Position numbers and translations under genes: made by a program
The notes under the pieces: generated by a model
What the model was told of the DNA's origin: nothing
What the model saw: the letters and a program-made list of their open reading frames with translations, nothing else
Database searches by the model: none
NCBI RefSeq assembly: GCF_050920415.1
Contig: NZ_CP169309.1
Direction: 5' to 3' (one strand)
DNA from: Escherichia coli
GTDB lineage: Bacteria > Pseudomonadota > Gammaproteobacteria > Enterobacterales > Enterobacteriaceae
Length of the DNA: 64,000 bases
Shown: positions 1 through 12,159 of the stretch, one piece after another
Layout: every line of letters begins with the position of its first letter
Position numbering within the stretch: position 1 is the stretch's first letter

Positions 1-134
1 CCAACGTCATTATCCTTGGCGATATCACGATTGGTAACAACGTCACCGTGGGGGCGGGCAGCGTGGTGCTCGACGCAATCCCGGACAACGCGCTGGTGGT
101 GGGAGAAAAAGCGCGAGTGAAGGTAATTAAATGA
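1..134 (+). CDS. wcaB: Colanic acid biosynthesis acetyltransferase WcaB, C-terminal fragment (5' end outside window)
   Basis: Open frame from the window edge to TGA at 132-134; translation ...NVIILGDITIGNNVTVGAGSVVLDAIPDN... shows hexapeptide-repeat acyltransferase character; stop overlaps the next ATG (ATGA); position upstream of wcaC. Confidence 0.8.
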   Translation, partial: NVIILGDITIGNNVTVGAGSVVLDAIPDNALVVGEKARVKVIK

Positions 135-1348
135 ATATTCTGCAATTTAATGTGCGACTGGCGGAAGGCGGGGCGGCAGGTGTGGCGTTAGATCTCCACC
201 AGCGCGCGCTGCAACAGGGGCTGGCGTCACATTTTGTCTACGGCTACGGCAAAGGTGGCAAAGAGAGCGTCAGCCATCAGAACTATCCGCAGGTCATCAA
301 ACATACGCCGCGGATGACCGCGATGGCGAACATTGCCCTGTTTCGTCTGTTTAATCGCGATCTGTTCGGCAATTTCAATGAGTTATATCGCACCATTACT
401 CGCACACCGGGACCGGTAGTCCTGCATTTTCATGTGCTGCACAGCTACTGGTTGAATCTTAAGAGCGTGGTGCGCTTTTGCGAAAAGGTGAAAAACCACA
501 AACCGGATGTCACTTTGGTCTGGACACTGCACGATCACTGGAGCGTTACCGGACGCTGTGCTTTTACCGACGGTTGCGAAGGCTGGAAAACGGGCTGCCA
601 GAAATGCCCGACCTTAAATAACTATCCGCCGGTGAAGATTGATCGCGCGCACCAGCTGGTGGCGGGCAAACGGCAGTTATTTCGCGAGATGCTGGCGCTG
701 GGCTGTCAGTTTATTTCCCCCAGCCAGCATGTGGCTGATGCTTTCAATAGTCTGTACGGTCCAGGGCGTTGCCGGATTATCAATAATGGCATTGATATGG
801 CAACCGAAGCGATTCTGGCAGACTTGCCTCCGGTGCGCGAAACCCAGGGCAAGCCGAAAATCGCGGTGGTGGCGCATGACCTGCGTTACGACGGCAAAAC
901 TAACCAGCAACTGGTGCGCGAGATGATGGCGCTGGGTGACAAAATCGAACTGCATACCTTTGGTAAGTTTTCGCCGTTCACCGCTGGTAACGTGGTTAAT
1001 CACGGCTTTGAAACTGACAAGCGCAAGTTGATGAGCGCGCTTAATCAGATGGATGCGCTGGTGTTCAGTTCTCGCGTCGATAACTACCCGCTGATTTTGT
1101 GTGAGGCGTTATCAATTGGTGTGCCGGTGATTGCCACCCATAGCGATGCGGCGCGGGAAGTGCTGCAAAAATCCGGCGGTAAAACCGTCAGCGAAGAAGA
1201 CGTGCTGAAACTGGTGCAGTTAAGCAAACCGGAAATCGCGCAGGCGATATTTGGTACCACGCTGGCTGAGTTCAGCCAACGCAGCCGCGCCGCCTACAGT
1301 GGACAACAGATGCTGGAGGAGTATGTCAACTTCTATCAGAATCTGTAG
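131..1348 (+). CDS. wcaC: Colanic acid biosynthesis glycosyltransferase WcaC
   Basis: 405-aa ORF; sequence recognised as WcaC (MNILQFNVRLAEGGAAGVALDL...); conserved wca gene order. Confidence 0.9.
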   Translation: MNILQFNVRLAEGGAAGVALDLHQRALQQGLASHFVYGYGKGGKESVSHQNYPQVIKHTPRMTAMANIALFRLFNRDLFGNFNELYRTITRTPGPVVLHFHVLHSYWLNLKSVVRFCEKVKNHKPDVTLVWTLHDHWSVTGRCAFTDGCEGWKTGCQKCPTLNNYPPVKIDRAHQLVAGKRQLFREMLALGCQFISPSQHVADAFNSLYGPGRCRIINNGIDMATEAILADLPPVRETQGKPKIAVVAHDLRYDGKTNQQLVREMMALGDKIELHTFGKFSPFTAGNVVNHGFETDKRKLMSALNQMDALVFSSRVDNYPLILCEALSIGVPVIATHSDAAREVLQKSGGKTVSEEDVLKLVQLSKPEIAQAIFGTTLAEFSQRSRAAYSGQQMLEEYVNFYQNL

Positions 1349-2543
1349 CTACCTGCTGCTGCCGCTGATTTACCTGCTGGTTAACGTCAAAATTGCCCAG
1401 CTTGGTGAAAGTTTCCCCATCACCATCGTCACTTTTTTACCTGTCTTGTTACTGCTGTTTTTAGAGCGCATCAGCGTTAAAAAATTGATGATTGCCTTAG
1501 GGATTGGTGCGGGACTCACGGCGTTTAACTACTTGTTTGGTCAGTCGTTGGATGCCAGTAAATACGTCACTTCAACCATGCTGTTTGTCTATATTGTGAT
1601 CATTATTGGCATGGTGTGGAGTATTCGCTTTAAAACGATTTCGCCACACAACCATCGCAAGATATTACGTTTCTTTTATCTGGTGGTGGGGCTGGTGGTG
1701 GCGCTGGCGGCGGTGGAGATGGCGCAAATTATCCTCACTGGCGGCAGCAGTATTATGGAGTCGATTTCGAAATATCTGATTTACAGCAACAGCTATGTGC
1801 TGAATTTCATTAAATTCGGCGGCAAGCGCACAACAGCACTTTATTTCGAACCGGCATTTTTCGCTCTGGCATTAATCTCAATTTGGCTCAGCATCAAACA
1901 GTTTGGTATCAAAACGCCTAAAACCGATGCTATGATTCTCGCAGGGATAATATTATCCGGATCGTTTTCAGGGGTTATGACCTTTATCCTGTTTTATTTG
2001 TTGGAGTGGGCGTTTCAATATCTGAACAAAGAGGCGATTAAGAAAAAGTTACCGTTAGCATTGATTTCTCTGGCTGTATTCCTGGTTGGTGTGGTAATCG
2101 CGTTTCCTTATATTTCCACCCGCTTGGGCGATTTAGGTACGGAAGGATCGTCATCGTATTATCGTATTGTCGGTCCACTGGTGATGGTCGGTTATTCTTT
2201 GAGCCATATTGACGGTGTAGTCAGATTTGGCTCACTTTATGAATATGTCGCATCATTCGGAATATTTAACGGTGCGGATGTCGGAAAAACCATAGACAAT
2301 GGTTTGTATCTGCTGATTATTTATTTTTCCTGGTTCGCAGTGCTTTTATCACTGTGGTACATGGGGAAAGTGATAAAAATGATGATCAACGCTTTTGGTG
2401 ATAATCGCAATTTTCGTGTGCAGCTCTATCTTTTTACTCCGGTGTCGCTGTTTTTTACCGGTTCGATATTTAGCCCGGAATATGCATTTTTAATCGTCTG
2501 TCCGTTTATTTTGCGAAAAGCGTTAAATATACACCCTAAATAA
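1323..2543 (+). CDS. wcaD: Colanic acid polymerase WcaD (multi-pass membrane protein)
   Basis: Listed ORF starts at 1251; internal ATG at 1323 (MSTSIRICSYLLLPL...) gives about 406 aa, matching WcaD; highly hydrophobic; overlaps the wcaC 3' end. Confidence 0.85.
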   Translation: MSTSIRICSYLLLPLIYLLVNVKIAQLGESFPITIVTFLPVLLLLFLERISVKKLMIALGIGAGLTAFNYLFGQSLDASKYVTSTMLFVYIVIIIGMVWSIRFKTISPHNHRKILRFFYLVVGLVVALAAVEMAQIILTGGSSIMESISKYLIYSNSYVLNFIKFGGKRTTALYFEPAFFALALISIWLSIKQFGIKTPKTDAMILAGIILSGSFSGVMTFILFYLLEWAFQYLNKEAIKKKLPLALISLAVFLVGVVIAFPYISTRLGDLGTEGSSSYYRIVGPLVMVGYSLSHIDGVVRFGSLYEYVASFGIFNGADVGKTIDNGLYLLIIYFSWFAVLLSLWYMGKVIKMMINAFGDNRNFRVQLYLFTPVSLFFTGSIFSPEYAFLIVCPFILRKALNIHPK

Positions 2544-2623
2544 TTCGAGTTGCAGGAAGTTGGTGACGCAGCGAATCCCCAGGAGCGTACACGAGTACGT
2601 GACTGGGGTGAGCGAGGAAAACC

Positions 2624-2655
<32 letters not shown>

Positions 2656-2669
2656 TACGAGGTAAGAAC

Positions 2670-3416
2670 ATGTTGCTTAGCATAATCACCGTTGCGTTTC
2701 GTAACCTCGAAGGGATAGTCAAAACACACGCCTCGCTGGCGCATCTGGCGCAGGCTGACGATATCAGCTTCGAATGGATTGTTGTCGATGGCGGTTCCAA
2801 TGACGGCACCGGTGAGTATCTGGAAAATCTCAATGGTATCTATAACCTACGCTTTGTCAGTGAACCAGATAAGGGCATCTACGACGCCATGAACAAAGGC
2901 ATTGCGATGGCACAAGGCAAGTTTGCGCTGTTTCTCAACTCGGGCGATATTTTTCATCAGGATGCCGCAAATTTTGTCCGTAGGTTAAAAATGCAAAAAG
3001 ATAACGTGATGATCACCGGCGATGCGCTGCTGGATTTTGGCGACGGGCATAAAATTAAACGTCGCGCCAAACCTGGCTGGTATATTTATCACAGCCTGCC
3101 CGCCAGCCATCAGGCGATATTTTTCCCGGTATCCGGCTTGAAAAAATGGCGTTATGACCTGGAATATAAAGTTTCTTCCGATTATGCGCTGGCGGCCAAA
3201 ATGTATAAAGCCGGTTATGCATTTAAAAAACTCAATGGCCTGGTGTCTGAATTTTCTATGGGTGGGGTATCTACCACCAATAATATGGAATTGTGTGCTG
3301 ACGCGAAAAAAGTCCAACGACAAATATTACATGTGCCTGGCTTCTGGGCTGAATTATCCTGGCATTTACGCCAGCGCACGACGGGTAAGACCAAAGCCTT
3401 ATATAACAAAGTCTGA
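2670..3416 (+). CDS. wcaE: Colanic acid biosynthesis glycosyltransferase WcaE (GT2 family)
   Basis: 248-aa ORF with GT2-like N-terminus ([10 protein letters not shown]...); gene order. Confidence 0.88.
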   Translation: MLLSIITVAFRNLEGIVKTHASLAHLAQADDISFEWIVVDGGSNDGTGEYLENLNGIYNLRFVSEPDKGIYDAMNKGIAMAQGKFALFLNSGDIFHQDAANFVRRLKMQKDNVMITGDALLDFGDGHKIKRRAKPGWYIYHSLPASHQAIFFPVSGLKKWRYDLEYKVSSDYALAAKMYKAGYAFKKLNGLVSEFSMGGVSTTNNMELCADAKKVQRQILHVPGFWAELSWHLRQRTTGKTKALYNKV

Positions 3417-3431
3417 ATATAAGGAATACCA

Positions 3432-3980
3432 ATGCAAGATTTAAGCGGTTTCTCGGTGCCGAAAGGGTTCCGGGGCGGCAACTCTATTAAAGTGCAATTG
3501 TGGTGGGCAGTACAGGCAACATTATTTGCCTGGTCGCCACAAGTATTGTATCGCTGGCGGGCATTTTTATTACGTTTATTCGGCGCAAAAATAGGAAAAA
3601 ACGTAGTTATTCGTCCGTCAGTAAAAATTACCTATCCGTGGAAATTAACCTTAGGTGATTACGCGTGGGTCGGCGATGACGTCAATTTATATACCCTCGG
3701 TGAAATAACCATTGGCGCACATTCGGTGATATCGCAAAAAAGTTATTTATGCACCGGGAGCCACGACCATGCAAGTCGACATTTCACCATAAACGCCACG
3801 CCCATTGTGATTGGCGAGAAATGCTGGCTGGCAACCGATGTTTTTGTTGCTCCTGGCGTCACGATCGGCGACGGCACCGTCGTGGGTGCGCGAAGCAGTG
3901 TTTTTAAATCGCTTCCGGCAAATAGAGTTTGCCGGGGGAATCCCGCAGTGGTGATACGCGAACGCGTTGAAACTGAATAA
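3432..3980 (+). CDS. wcaF: Colanic acid biosynthesis acetyltransferase WcaF
   Basis: 182-aa ORF with left-handed beta-helix hexapeptide repeats (GDGTVVGARSSVF...); gene order. Confidence 0.88.
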   Translation: MQDLSGFSVPKGFRGGNSIKVQLWWAVQATLFAWSPQVLYRWRAFLLRLFGAKIGKNVVIRPSVKITYPWKLTLGDYAWVGDDVNLYTLGEITIGAHSVISQKSYLCTGSHDHASRHFTINATPIVIGEKCWLATDVFVAPGVTIGDGTVVGARSSVFKSLPANRVCRGNPAVVIRERVETE

Positions 3981-4006
3981 ATTCAAAAAATACAGAGGAA
4001 TAAGAC

Positions 4007-5128
4007 ATGTCAAAAGTCGCTCTCATCACCGGTGTAACCGGACAAGACGGTTCTTACCTGGCAGAGTTTCTGCTGGAAAAAGGTTACGAGGTGCATGGTA
4101 TTAAGCGTCGTGCATCGTCATTCAACACCGAGCGCGTGGATCACATTTATCAGGATCCGCATACCTGTAACCCGAAATTCCATCTGCATTATGGCGACCT
4201 GAGTGATACCTCCAACCTGACGCGTATTTTGCGTGAAGTGCAGCCGGATGAAGTGTACAACCTGGGCGCAATGAGCCACGTTGCGGTTTCTTTTGAGTCA
4301 CCGGAATATACCGCAGACGTTGATGCGATGGGCACACTGCGTCTGCTGGAGGCGATCCGCTTCCTTGGTCTGGAAAAGAAAACCCGTTTCTATCAGGCTT
4401 CCACTTCTGAACTGTACGGTCTGGTGCAGGAAATTCCGCAGAAAGAAACCACGCCGTTCTATCCGCGATCTCCATATGCGGTCGCCAAACTGTATGCCTA
4501 CTGGATCACCGTTAACTACCGCGAATCCTACGGCATGTACGCTTGTAACGGCATTCTCTTTAACCATGAATCCCCACGCCGTGGCGAAACCTTCGTGACC
4601 CGCAAAATCACCCGCGCAATCGCCAATATCGCTCAAGGGCTGGAGTCGTGCCTGTACCTCGGCAATATGGATTCCCTGCGTGACTGGGGCCACGCCAAAG
4701 ACTACGTAAAAATGCAGTGGATGATGCTGCAACAGGAACAACCGGAAGATTTCGTTATTGCCACCGGCGTTCAGTACTCCGTGCGTCAGTTCGTGGAAAT
4801 GGCGGCGGCACAACTGGGCATCAAACTGCGCTTTGAAGGCACGGGTGTTGAAGAGAAGGGCATTGTGGTTTCCGTCACCGGGCATGACGCGCCGGGCGTT
4901 AAACCGGGTGATGTGATTATCGCCGTTGACCCGCGCTACTTCCGTCCGGCTGAAGTTGAAACGCTGCTCGGTGACCCGACCAAAGCGCACGAAAAACTGG
5001 GCTGGAAACCGGAAATCACCCTCAGAGAGATGGTGTCTGAAATGGTGGCTAATGACCTCGAAGCGGCGAAAAAACACTCTCTGCTGAAATCTCACGGCTA
5101 CGACGTGGCGATCGCGCTGGAGTCATAA
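4007..5128 (+). CDS. gmd: GDP-mannose 4,6-dehydratase
   Basis: 373-aa [34 protein letters not shown]... Rossmann GxxGxxG; canonical Gmd. Confidence 0.95.
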
Positions 5129-5130
5129 GC

Positions 5131-6096
5131 ATGAGTAAACAACGTATTTTTATCGCTGGCCATCGCGGGATGGTCGGTTCTGCCATCAAGCGACAGCTCG
5201 AACAGCGCGGTGATGTGGAACTGGTATTACGCACCCGCGACGAACTGAACCTGCTGGACAGCCGCGCGGTGCATGATTTCTTTGCCAGCGAGCGCATTGA
5301 CCAGGTCTATCTGGCGGCGGCGAAAGTGGGCGGGATTGTCGCCAACAACACGTATCCGGCGGATTTCATCTACCAGAATATGATGATTGAGAGCAACATC
5401 ATTCACGCTGCGCATCAGAACGACGTGAACAAACTGCTGTTTCTCGGATCGTCCTGCATCTACCCAAAACTGGCAAAACAGCCGATGGCAGAAGGCGAGC
5501 TGTTACAGGGCACGCTGGAGCCGACCAACGAGCCATACGCCATTGCCAAAATCGCCGGGATCAAACTGTGCGAATCTTACAACCGCCAGTATGGACGCGA
5601 TTACCGCTCTGTCATGCCGACCAACCTGTACGGGCTGCACGACAACTTCCATCCGAATAATTCGCATGTGATCCCCGCATTGCTGCGCCGCTTCCACGAG
5701 GCGACGGCACAGAATGCACCGGACGTGGTGGTATGGGGCAGCGGTACGCCGATGCGCGAATTTCTGCATGTCGATGATATGGCGGCGGCAAGCATTCATG
5801 TCATGGAGCTGGCGCACGAAGTCTGGCTGGAGAACACCCAGCCGATGCTGTCGCACATTAACGTCGGCACGGGTGTTGACTGCACTATCCGCGAGCTGGC
5901 GCAAACCATCGCCAAAGTGGTGGGTTACAAAGGCCGGGTGGTTTTTGATGCCAGTAAACCGGATGGCACACCGCGCAAACTGCTGGATGTGACGCGCCTG
6001 CATCAGCTTGGCTGGTATCACGAAATCTCACTGGAAGCGGGGCTTGCCAGCACTTACCAGTGGTTCCTTGAGAATCAAGACCGCTTTCGGGGGTAA
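5131..6096 (+). CDS. fcl: GDP-L-fucose synthase (GDP-4-keto-6-deoxymannose 3,5-epimerase/4-reductase)
   Basis: 321-aa [22 protein letters not shown]...; immediately follows gmd. Confidence 0.95.
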   Translation: MSKQRIFIAGHRGMVGSAIKRQLEQRGDVELVLRTRDELNLLDSRAVHDFFASERIDQVYLAAAKVGGIVANNTYPADFIYQNMMIESNIIHAAHQNDVNKLLFLGSSCIYPKLAKQPMAEGELLQGTLEPTNEPYAIAKIAGIKLCESYNRQYGRDYRSVMPTNLYGLHDNFHPNNSHVIPALLRRFHEATAQNAPDVVVWGSGTPMREFLHVDDMAAASIHVMELAHEVWLENTQPMLSHINVGTGVDCTIRELAQTIAKVVGYKGRVVFDASKPDGTPRKLLDVTRLHQLGWYHEISLEAGLASTYQWFLENQDRFRG

Positions 6097-6578
6097 TGAT
6101 GTTTTTACGTCAGGAAGACTTTGCCACGGTAGTGCGCTCCACTCCGCTTGTCTCTCTCGACTTTATTGTCGAGAACAGCCGCGGCGAGTTTCTGCTTGGC
6201 AAAAGAACCAACCGCCCGGCACAGGGTTACTGGTTTGTGCCGGGAGGGCGCGTGCAGAAGGACGAAACGCTGGAAGCCGCATTTGAGCGGTTGACGATGG
6301 CGGAACTGGGGCTGCGTCTGCCGATAACAGCAGGCCAGTTTTACGGTGTCTGGCAGCACTTTTATGACGATAACTTCTCCGGCACGGATTTCACCACGCA
6401 CTATGTGGTGCTCGGTTTTCGCTTCAGAGTAGCGGAAGAAGAACTGTTACTGCCGGATGAGCAGCATGACGATTACCGCTGGCTGACGCCGGACGCACTG
6501 CTCGCCAGTGACAATGTTCACCCTAACAGCCGCGCCTATTTTCTCGCTGAGAAGCGTGCCGGAGTACCCGGATTATGA
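6096..6578 (+). CDS. gmm: GDP-mannose mannosyl hydrolase (Nudix)
   Basis: 160-aa ORF with Nudix-like sequence; start overlaps the fcl stop; gene order. Confidence 0.9.
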   Translation: MMFLRQEDFATVVRSTPLVSLDFIVENSRGEFLLGKRTNRPAQGYWFVPGGRVQKDETLEAAFERLTMAELGLRLPITAGQFYGVWQHFYDDNFSGTDFTTHYVVLGFRFRVAEEELLLPDEQHDDYRWLTPDALLASDNVHPNSRAYFLAEKRAGVPGL

Positions 6579-7798
6579 AAATACTGGTCTACGGCATTAA
6601 CTACTCGCCGGAGTTAACCGGCATCGGCAAATACACCGGCGAGATGGTGGAATGGCTTGCGGCACAAGGTCATGAGGTGCGGGTCATTACCGCACCGCCT
6701 TACTACCCGCAGTGGCAGGTGGGCGAGAACTATTCCGCCTGGCGGTACAAACGAGAAGAGGGGGCCGCCACGGTGTGGCGCTGCCCGCTGTACGTGCCAA
6801 AACAGCCGAGCACCCTGAAACGCCTGTTGCATCTCGGCAGTTTTGCCGTCAGCAGTTTTTTCCCGTTGATGGCGCAACGTCGCTGGAAGCCGGATCGCAT
6901 TATCGGCGTAGTGCCAACGCTGTTTTGCACGCCGGGAATGCGCCTGCTGGCGAAACTCTCTGGTGCGCGTACCGTGCTGCATATTCAGGATTACGAAGTA
7001 GATGCCATGCTGGGGCTGGGGCTTGCCGGAAAAGGCAAAGGCGGCAAAGTGGCACAGCTGGCGACAGCCTTCGAACGTAGCGGACTGCATAACGTCGATA
7101 ACGTCTCCACGATTTCGCGTTCGATGATGAATAAAGCCATCGAAAAAGGCGTGGCGGCAGAAAACGTCATCTTCTTCCCCAACTGGTCGGAAATCGCCCG
7201 TTTTCAATATGTTGCAGACGCCGATGTTGATGCCCTTCGTAACCAGCTTGGCCTGCCGGATAACAAAAAAATCATTCTTTACTCCGGCAATATTGGTGAA
7301 AAGCAGGGGCTGGAAAACGTTATTGAAGCTGCCGAACGCCTGCGCGATGAACCGCTGATTTTTGCCATTGTCGGGCAGGGCGGCGGCAAAGCGCGGCTGG
7401 AAAAAATGGCGCAGCAGCGCGGACTGCGCAATATGCAATTTTTCCCGCTGCAATCTTATGACGCCTTGCCTGCACTGCTGAAGATGGGCGACTGCCATCT
7501 GGTGGTGCAAAAACGCGGCGCGGCAGATGCCGTATTGCCGTCGAAACTGACCAATATTCTGGCGGTAGGCGGTAACGCGGTAATTACCGCAGAAGCTCAC
7601 ACAGAACTGGGGCAGCTTTGCGAAACCTTCCCAGGAATTGCGGTTTGCGTAGAACCGGAATCGGTCGAGGCGCTGGTGGCGGGGATTCGTCAGGCGCTCC
7701 TGCTACCCAAACACAACACGGTGGCACGTGAATATGCCGAACGCACGCTCGATAAAGAGAACGTGTTACGTCAATTTATACATGATATTCGGGGATAA
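6575..7798 (+). CDS. wcaI: Colanic acid biosynthesis glycosyltransferase WcaI (GT4 family)
   Basis: 407-aa [27 protein letters not shown]...; gene order. Confidence 0.9.
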   Translation: MKILVYGINYSPELTGIGKYTGEMVEWLAAQGHEVRVITAPPYYPQWQVGENYSAWRYKREEGAATVWRCPLYVPKQPSTLKRLLHLGSFAVSSFFPLMAQRRWKPDRIIGVVPTLFCTPGMRLLAKLSGARTVLHIQDYEVDAMLGLGLAGKGKGGKVAQLATAFERSGLHNVDNVSTISRSMMNKAIEKGVAAENVIFFPNWSEIARFQYVADADVDALRNQLGLPDNKKIILYSGNIGEKQGLENVIEAAERLRDEPLIFAIVGQGGGKARLEKMAQQRGLRNMQFFPLQSYDALPALLKMGDCHLVVQKRGAADAVLPSKLTNILAVGGNAVITAEAHTELGQLCETFPGIAVCVEPESVEALVAGIRQALLLPKHNTVAREYAERTLDKENVLRQFIHDIRG

Positions 7799-7800
7799 TT

Positions 7801-9237
7801 ATGTCGCAGTCGAAACTCTATCCAGTTGTGATGGCAGGTGGCTCCGGTAGCCGCTTATGGCCGCTTTCCCGCGTACTTTATCCCAAGCAGTTTTTATGCC
7901 TGAAAGGCGATCTTACCATGCTGCAAACCACCATCTGCCGCCTGAACGGCGTGGAGTGCGAAAGCCCGGTGGTGATTTGCAATGAGCAGCACCGCTTTAT
8001 TGTCGCGGAACAGCTGCGTCAACTGAACAAACTCACCGAGAACATTATTCTCGAACCGGCAGGGCGTAACACTGCACCTGCCATTGCGTTGGCGGCGCTG
8101 GCGGCAAAACGTCATAGTCCGGACAGCGATCCGTTAATGTTGGTCCTGGCGGCAGATCATGTGATTGCCGACGAAGACGCGTTCCGCGCCGCCGTGCGTA
8201 ATGCCATGCCGTATGCCGAAGCGGGCAAGCTGGTGACCTTCGGCATTGTGCCGGATCTACCTGAAACCGGATATGGCTATATTCGTCGCGGTGAAGTGTC
8301 GGCGGGTGAGCAGGATACGGTGGCCTTTGAAGTGGCGCAGTTTGTCGAAAAACCGAATCTGGAAACCGCTCAGGCCTATGTGGCAAGCGGCGAATATTAC
8401 TGGAACAGCGGTATGTTCCTGTTCCGTGCCGGACGTTATCTCGAAGAACTGAAAAAATATCGCCCGGATATTCTCGACGCCTGCGAAAAAGCGATGAGCG
8501 CCGTCGATCCGGATCTCGATTTTATTCGTGTGGATGAAGAGGCGTTTCTTGCCTGCCCGGAAGAGTCGGTGGATTACGCGGTTATGGAACGTACGGCAGA
8601 TGCCGTTGTGGTACCGATGGATGCGGGGTGGAGCGATGTCGGTTCCTGGTCCTCTTTATGGGAGATCAGCGCCCACACCGCGGAAGGCAACGTTTGCCAC
8701 GGCGATGTGATTAATCACAAAACCGAAAACAGCTACGTGTATGCCGAATCTGGCCTGGTCACCACCGTCGGGGTGAAAGATCTGGTAGTGGTGCAGACCA
8801 AAGACGCGGTGCTGATTGCCGACCGTAACGCGGTGCAGGATGTGAAAAAAGTGGTCGAGCAGATCAAAGCCGATGGTCGCCATGAGCATCGGGTGCATCG
8901 CGAAGTGTATCGCCCGTGGGGCAAATATGACTCTATCGACGCGGGCGACCGCTACCAGGTGAAACGTATCACCGTGAAACCGGGCGAGGGCTTGTCGGTA
9001 CAAATGCACCATCACCGCGCGGAACACTGGGTAGTGGTCGCGGGAACGGCAAAAGTCACCATTGACGGTGATATCAAACTGCTTGGTGAAAACGAGTCCA
9101 TTTATATTCCGCTGGGGGCAAAACACTGCCTGGAAAACCCGGGGAAAATTCCCCTCGATTTAATTGAAGTGCGCTCCGGCTCTTATCTCGAAGAGGATGA
9201 TGTGGTGCGCTTCGCGGATCGCTACGGACGGGTGTAG
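7801..9237 (+). CDS. cpsB: Mannose-1-phosphate guanylyltransferase (GDP-mannose pyrophosphorylase)
   Basis: 478-aa [27 protein letters not shown]... with a C-terminal cupin domain. Confidence 0.95.
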   Translation: MSQSKLYPVVMAGGSGSRLWPLSRVLYPKQFLCLKGDLTMLQTTICRLNGVECESPVVICNEQHRFIVAEQLRQLNKLTENIILEPAGRNTAPAIALAALAAKRHSPDSDPLMLVLAADHVIADEDAFRAAVRNAMPYAEAGKLVTFGIVPDLPETGYGYIRRGEVSAGEQDTVAFEVAQFVEKPNLETAQAYVASGEYYWNSGMFLFRAGRYLEELKKYRPDILDACEKAMSAVDPDLDFIRVDEEAFLACPEESVDYAVMERTADAVVVPMDAGWSDVGSWSSLWEISAHTAEGNVCHGDVINHKTENSYVYAESGLVTTVGVKDLVVVQTKDAVLIADRNAVQDVKKVVEQIKADGRHEHRVHREVYRPWGKYDSIDAGDRYQVKRITVKPGEGLSVQMHHHRAEHWVVVAGTAKVTIDGDIKLLGENESIYIPLGAKHCLENPGKIPLDLIEVRSGSYLEEDDVVRFADRYGRV

Positions 9238-9338
9238 TAGTTGAATAATCAACCGGAATAAATCTCCGGTAAATAATGACAAAAACAAAATTGGCCGTTT
9301 CGGTCAGGGCCAACTATTGCCTGAAAAAGGGTAACGAT

Positions 9339-10709
9339 ATGAAAAAATTAACCTGCTTTAAAGCCTATGATATTCGCGGAAAATTAGGCGAAGAACTGAA
9401 TGAAGATATCGCCTGGCGTATTGGGCGTGCCTATGGCGAATTTCTCAAACCGAAAACCATTGTTTTAGGCGGTGATGTCCGTCTCACCAGCGAAACCTTA
9501 AAACTGGCGCTGGCAAAAGGGTTACAGGATGCGGGCGTTGACGTGCTGGATATCGGCATGTCCGGCACCGAAGAGATCTATTTCGCCACGTTCCATCTCG
9601 GCGTGGATGGCGGCATCGAAGTTACCGCCAGCCATAATCCGATGGATTACAACGGCATGAAACTGGTGCGCGAAGGGGCTCGCCCGATCAGCGGTGATAC
9701 TGGACTGCGCGACGTCCAGCGTCTGGCAGAAGCCAACGATTTTCCTCCCGTCGATGAAACCAAACGCGGTCGCTATCAGCAAATCAACCTGCGCGACGCT
9801 TACGTTGATCATCTGTTCGGTTATATCAATGTCAAAAACCTTACGCCGCTCAAGCTGGTGATCAACTCCGGGAACGGCGCGGCGGGTCCGGTGGTGGACG
9901 CCATCGAAGCCCGCTTTAAAGCCCTCGGCGCACCCGTGGAATTGATCAAAGTACACAACACGCCGGACGGCAATTTCCCCAACGGTATTCCTAATCCATT
10001 GCTGCCGGAATGCCGCGACGATACCCGCAATGCGGTCATTAAACACGGCGCGGATATGGGTATTGCTTTTGATGGCGATTTTGACCGCTGTTTCCTGTTT
10101 GACGAAAAAGGACAGTTTATCGAGGGCTACTACATTGTCGGCCTGCTGGCAGAAGCGTTCCTCGAAAAAAATCCCGGCGCGAAGATCATCCACGATCCGC
10201 GTCTTTCCTGGAACACCGTTGATGTAGTGACTGCCGCAGGCGGCACCCCGGTGATGTCAAAAACCGGACACGCCTTTATTAAAGAACGTATGCGCAAGGA
10301 AGACGCCATCTACGGTGGCGAAATGAGCGCCCACCATTACTTCCGTGATTTCGCTTACTGCGACAGCGGCATGATCCCGTGGCTGCTGGTCGCCGAACTG
10401 GTGTGCATGAAAGGGAAAACGCTGGGCGAACTGGTGCGCGACCGCATGGCGGCATTCCCGGCAAGCGGTGAGATCAACAGCAAACTGGCGCAACCCGTTG
10501 AGGCGATTAATCGCGTCGAACAGCATTTTAGCCGCGAGGCGCTGGCGGTGGATCGCACCGATGGCATCAGCATGACCTTTGCCGACTGGCGCTTTAATCT
10601 GCGCTCCTCCAACACCGAACCGGTGGTGCGCCTGAATGTGGAATCGCGCGGTGATGTGCCGCTGATGGAAGCGCGAACGCGAACTCTGCTGACGTTGCTG
10701 AACGAGTAA
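9339..10709 (+). CDS. cpsG: Phosphomannomutase
   Basis: Listed ORF starts at 9276; internal ATG at 9339 ([14 protein letters not shown]...) gives 456 aa; phosphohexomutase motifs ([16 protein letters not shown]). Confidence 0.93.
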   Translation: MKKLTCFKAYDIRGKLGEELNEDIAWRIGRAYGEFLKPKTIVLGGDVRLTSETLKLALAKGLQDAGVDVLDIGMSGTEEIYFATFHLGVDGGIEVTASHNPMDYNGMKLVREGARPISGDTGLRDVQRLAEANDFPPVDETKRGRYQQINLRDAYVDHLFGYINVKNLTPLKLVINSGNGAAGPVVDAIEARFKALGAPVELIKVHNTPDGNFPNGIPNPLLPECRDDTRNAVIKHGADMGIAFDGDFDRCFLFDEKGQFIEGYYIVGLLAEAFLEKNPGAKIIHDPRLSWNTVDVVTAAGGTPVMSKTGHAFIKERMRKEDAIYGGEMSAHHYFRDFAYCDSGMIPWLLVAELVCMKGKTLGELVRDRMAAFPASGEINSKLAQPVEAINRVEQHFSREALAVDRTDGISMTFADWRFNLRSSNTEPVVRLNVESRGDVPLMEARTRTLLTLLNE

Positions 10710-10763
10710 TGTCGGATCTTCCCTTACCCCATTGCGGGTAAGGGGCTAATAACAGGAACAACG

Positions 10764-12158
10764 ATGACAAATCTAAAAAAGCGCGAGCGAGCGAAAACCA
10801 ATGCATCGTTAATCTCTATGGTGCAACGCTTTTCAGATATCACCATCATGTTTGCCGGGCTATGGCTGGTTTGCGAAGTCAGCGGACTGTCATTCCTCTA
10901 CATGCACCTGTTGGTGGCGCTGATTACGCTGGTGGTGTTCCAGATGTTGGGCGGCATCACCGATTTTTATCGCTCATGGCGAGGTGTTCGGGCAACGACA
11001 GAATTTGCCCTGCTGCTGCAAAACTGGACCTTAAGCGTGATTTTTAGCGCCGGACTGGTGGCGTTCAACAATGATTTCGACACGCAACTGAAAATCTGGC
11101 TGGCGTGGTATGGGCTGACCAGCATCGGGTTGGTGGCGTGTCGTTCGTGTATTCGCATTGGTGCGGGCTGGTTGCGTAATCATGGCTATAACAAGCGTAT
11201 GGTTGCCGTAGCGGGGGATTTAGCTGCCGGGCAAATGCTGATGGAGAGCTTCCGTAATCAGCCGTGGTTAGGGTTTGAAGTGGTGGGCGTTTACCACGAC
11301 CCAAAACCGGGCGGCGTTTCTAACGACTGGGCGGGCAATCTGCAACAGCTGGTCGAGGATGCGAAAGCGGGCAAGATTCATAACGTCTATATCGCGATGC
11401 AAATGTGCGACGGCGCACGAGTGAAAAAACTGGTCCATCAACTGGCGGACACCACCTGTTCGGTGCTGCTGATCCCCGACGTCTTTACCTTCAACATTCT
11501 CCATTCACGCCTCGAAGAGATGAACGGCGTTCCGGTGGTGCCGCTGTACGACACGCCGCTTTCCGGGGTTAACCGCCTGATAAAACGTGCGGAAGACATT
11601 GTGCTGGCAACGCTGATCTTGCTGCTGATCTCCCCGGTGCTGTGCTGTATTGCGCTGGCGGTGAAACTCAGTTCACCAGGGCCGGTTATTTTCCGCCAGA
11701 CACGCTACGGCATGGATGGCAAGCCGATCAAAGTGTGGAAGTTCCGTTCCATGAAAGTGATGGAGAACGACAAAGTGGTGACCCAGGCGACGCAGAACGA
11801 TCCGCGCGTCACCAAAGTGGGGAACTTTCTGCGCCGCACCTCGCTGGATGAATTGCCGCAGTTTATCAATGTGCTGACTGGCGGGATGTCGATTGTGGGG
11901 CCACGTCCGCACGCCGTGGCGCATAACGAACAATATCGCCAGCTCATTGAAGGCTACATGCTGCGCCATAAGGTGAAACCGGGCATTACCGGCTGGGCGC
12001 AGATTAACGGCTGGCGCGGCGAAACCGACACGCTGGAGAAAATGGAAAAACGCGTCGAGTTCGACCTTGAGTACATCCGCGAATGGAGCGTCTGGTTCGA
12101 TATCAAAATCGTTTTCCTGACGGTATTCAAAGGCTTCGTTAACAAAGCGGCATATTGA
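10764..12158 (+). CDS. wcaJ: UDP-glucose:undecaprenyl-phosphate glucose-1-phosphate transferase WcaJ
   Basis: 464-aa ORF with N-terminal TM segments and a C-terminal bacterial sugar-transferase domain (...GPRPHAVAHNEQY...). Confidence 0.92.
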   Translation: MTNLKKRERAKTNASLISMVQRFSDITIMFAGLWLVCEVSGLSFLYMHLLVALITLVVFQMLGGITDFYRSWRGVRATTEFALLLQNWTLSVIFSAGLVAFNNDFDTQLKIWLAWYGLTSIGLVACRSCIRIGAGWLRNHGYNKRMVAVAGDLAAGQMLMESFRNQPWLGFEVVGVYHDPKPGGVSNDWAGNLQQLVEDAKAGKIHNVYIAMQMCDGARVKKLVHQLADTTCSVLLIPDVFTFNILHSRLEEMNGVPVVPLYDTPLSGVNRLIKRAEDIVLATLILLLISPVLCCIALAVKLSSPGPVIFRQTRYGMDGKPIKVWKFRSMKVMENDKVVTQATQNDPRVTKVGNFLRRTSLDELPQFINVLTGGMSIVGPRPHAVAHNEQYRQLIEGYMLRHKVKPGITGWAQINGWRGETDTLEKMEKRVEFDLEYIREWSVWFDIKIVFLTVFKGFVNKAAY

Positions 12159-12159
12159 T

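Noticed and set aside
4298-5095. 265-aa ORF on the minus strand inside gmd
   Set aside because: Antisense to a strongly supported conserved gene (gmd); Arg/Phe/His-rich translation typical of shadow ORFs; no independent start context.
6614-7600. 328-aa minus-strand ORF inside wcaI
   Set aside because: Antisense shadow ORF of wcaI; low-complexity Arg/Ala-rich translation; no RBS or gene-like features.
9522-10193. 223-aa minus-strand ORF inside cpsG
   Set aside because: Antisense to phosphomannomutase; no recognisable domain; a typical artefact of GC-rich coding sequence.
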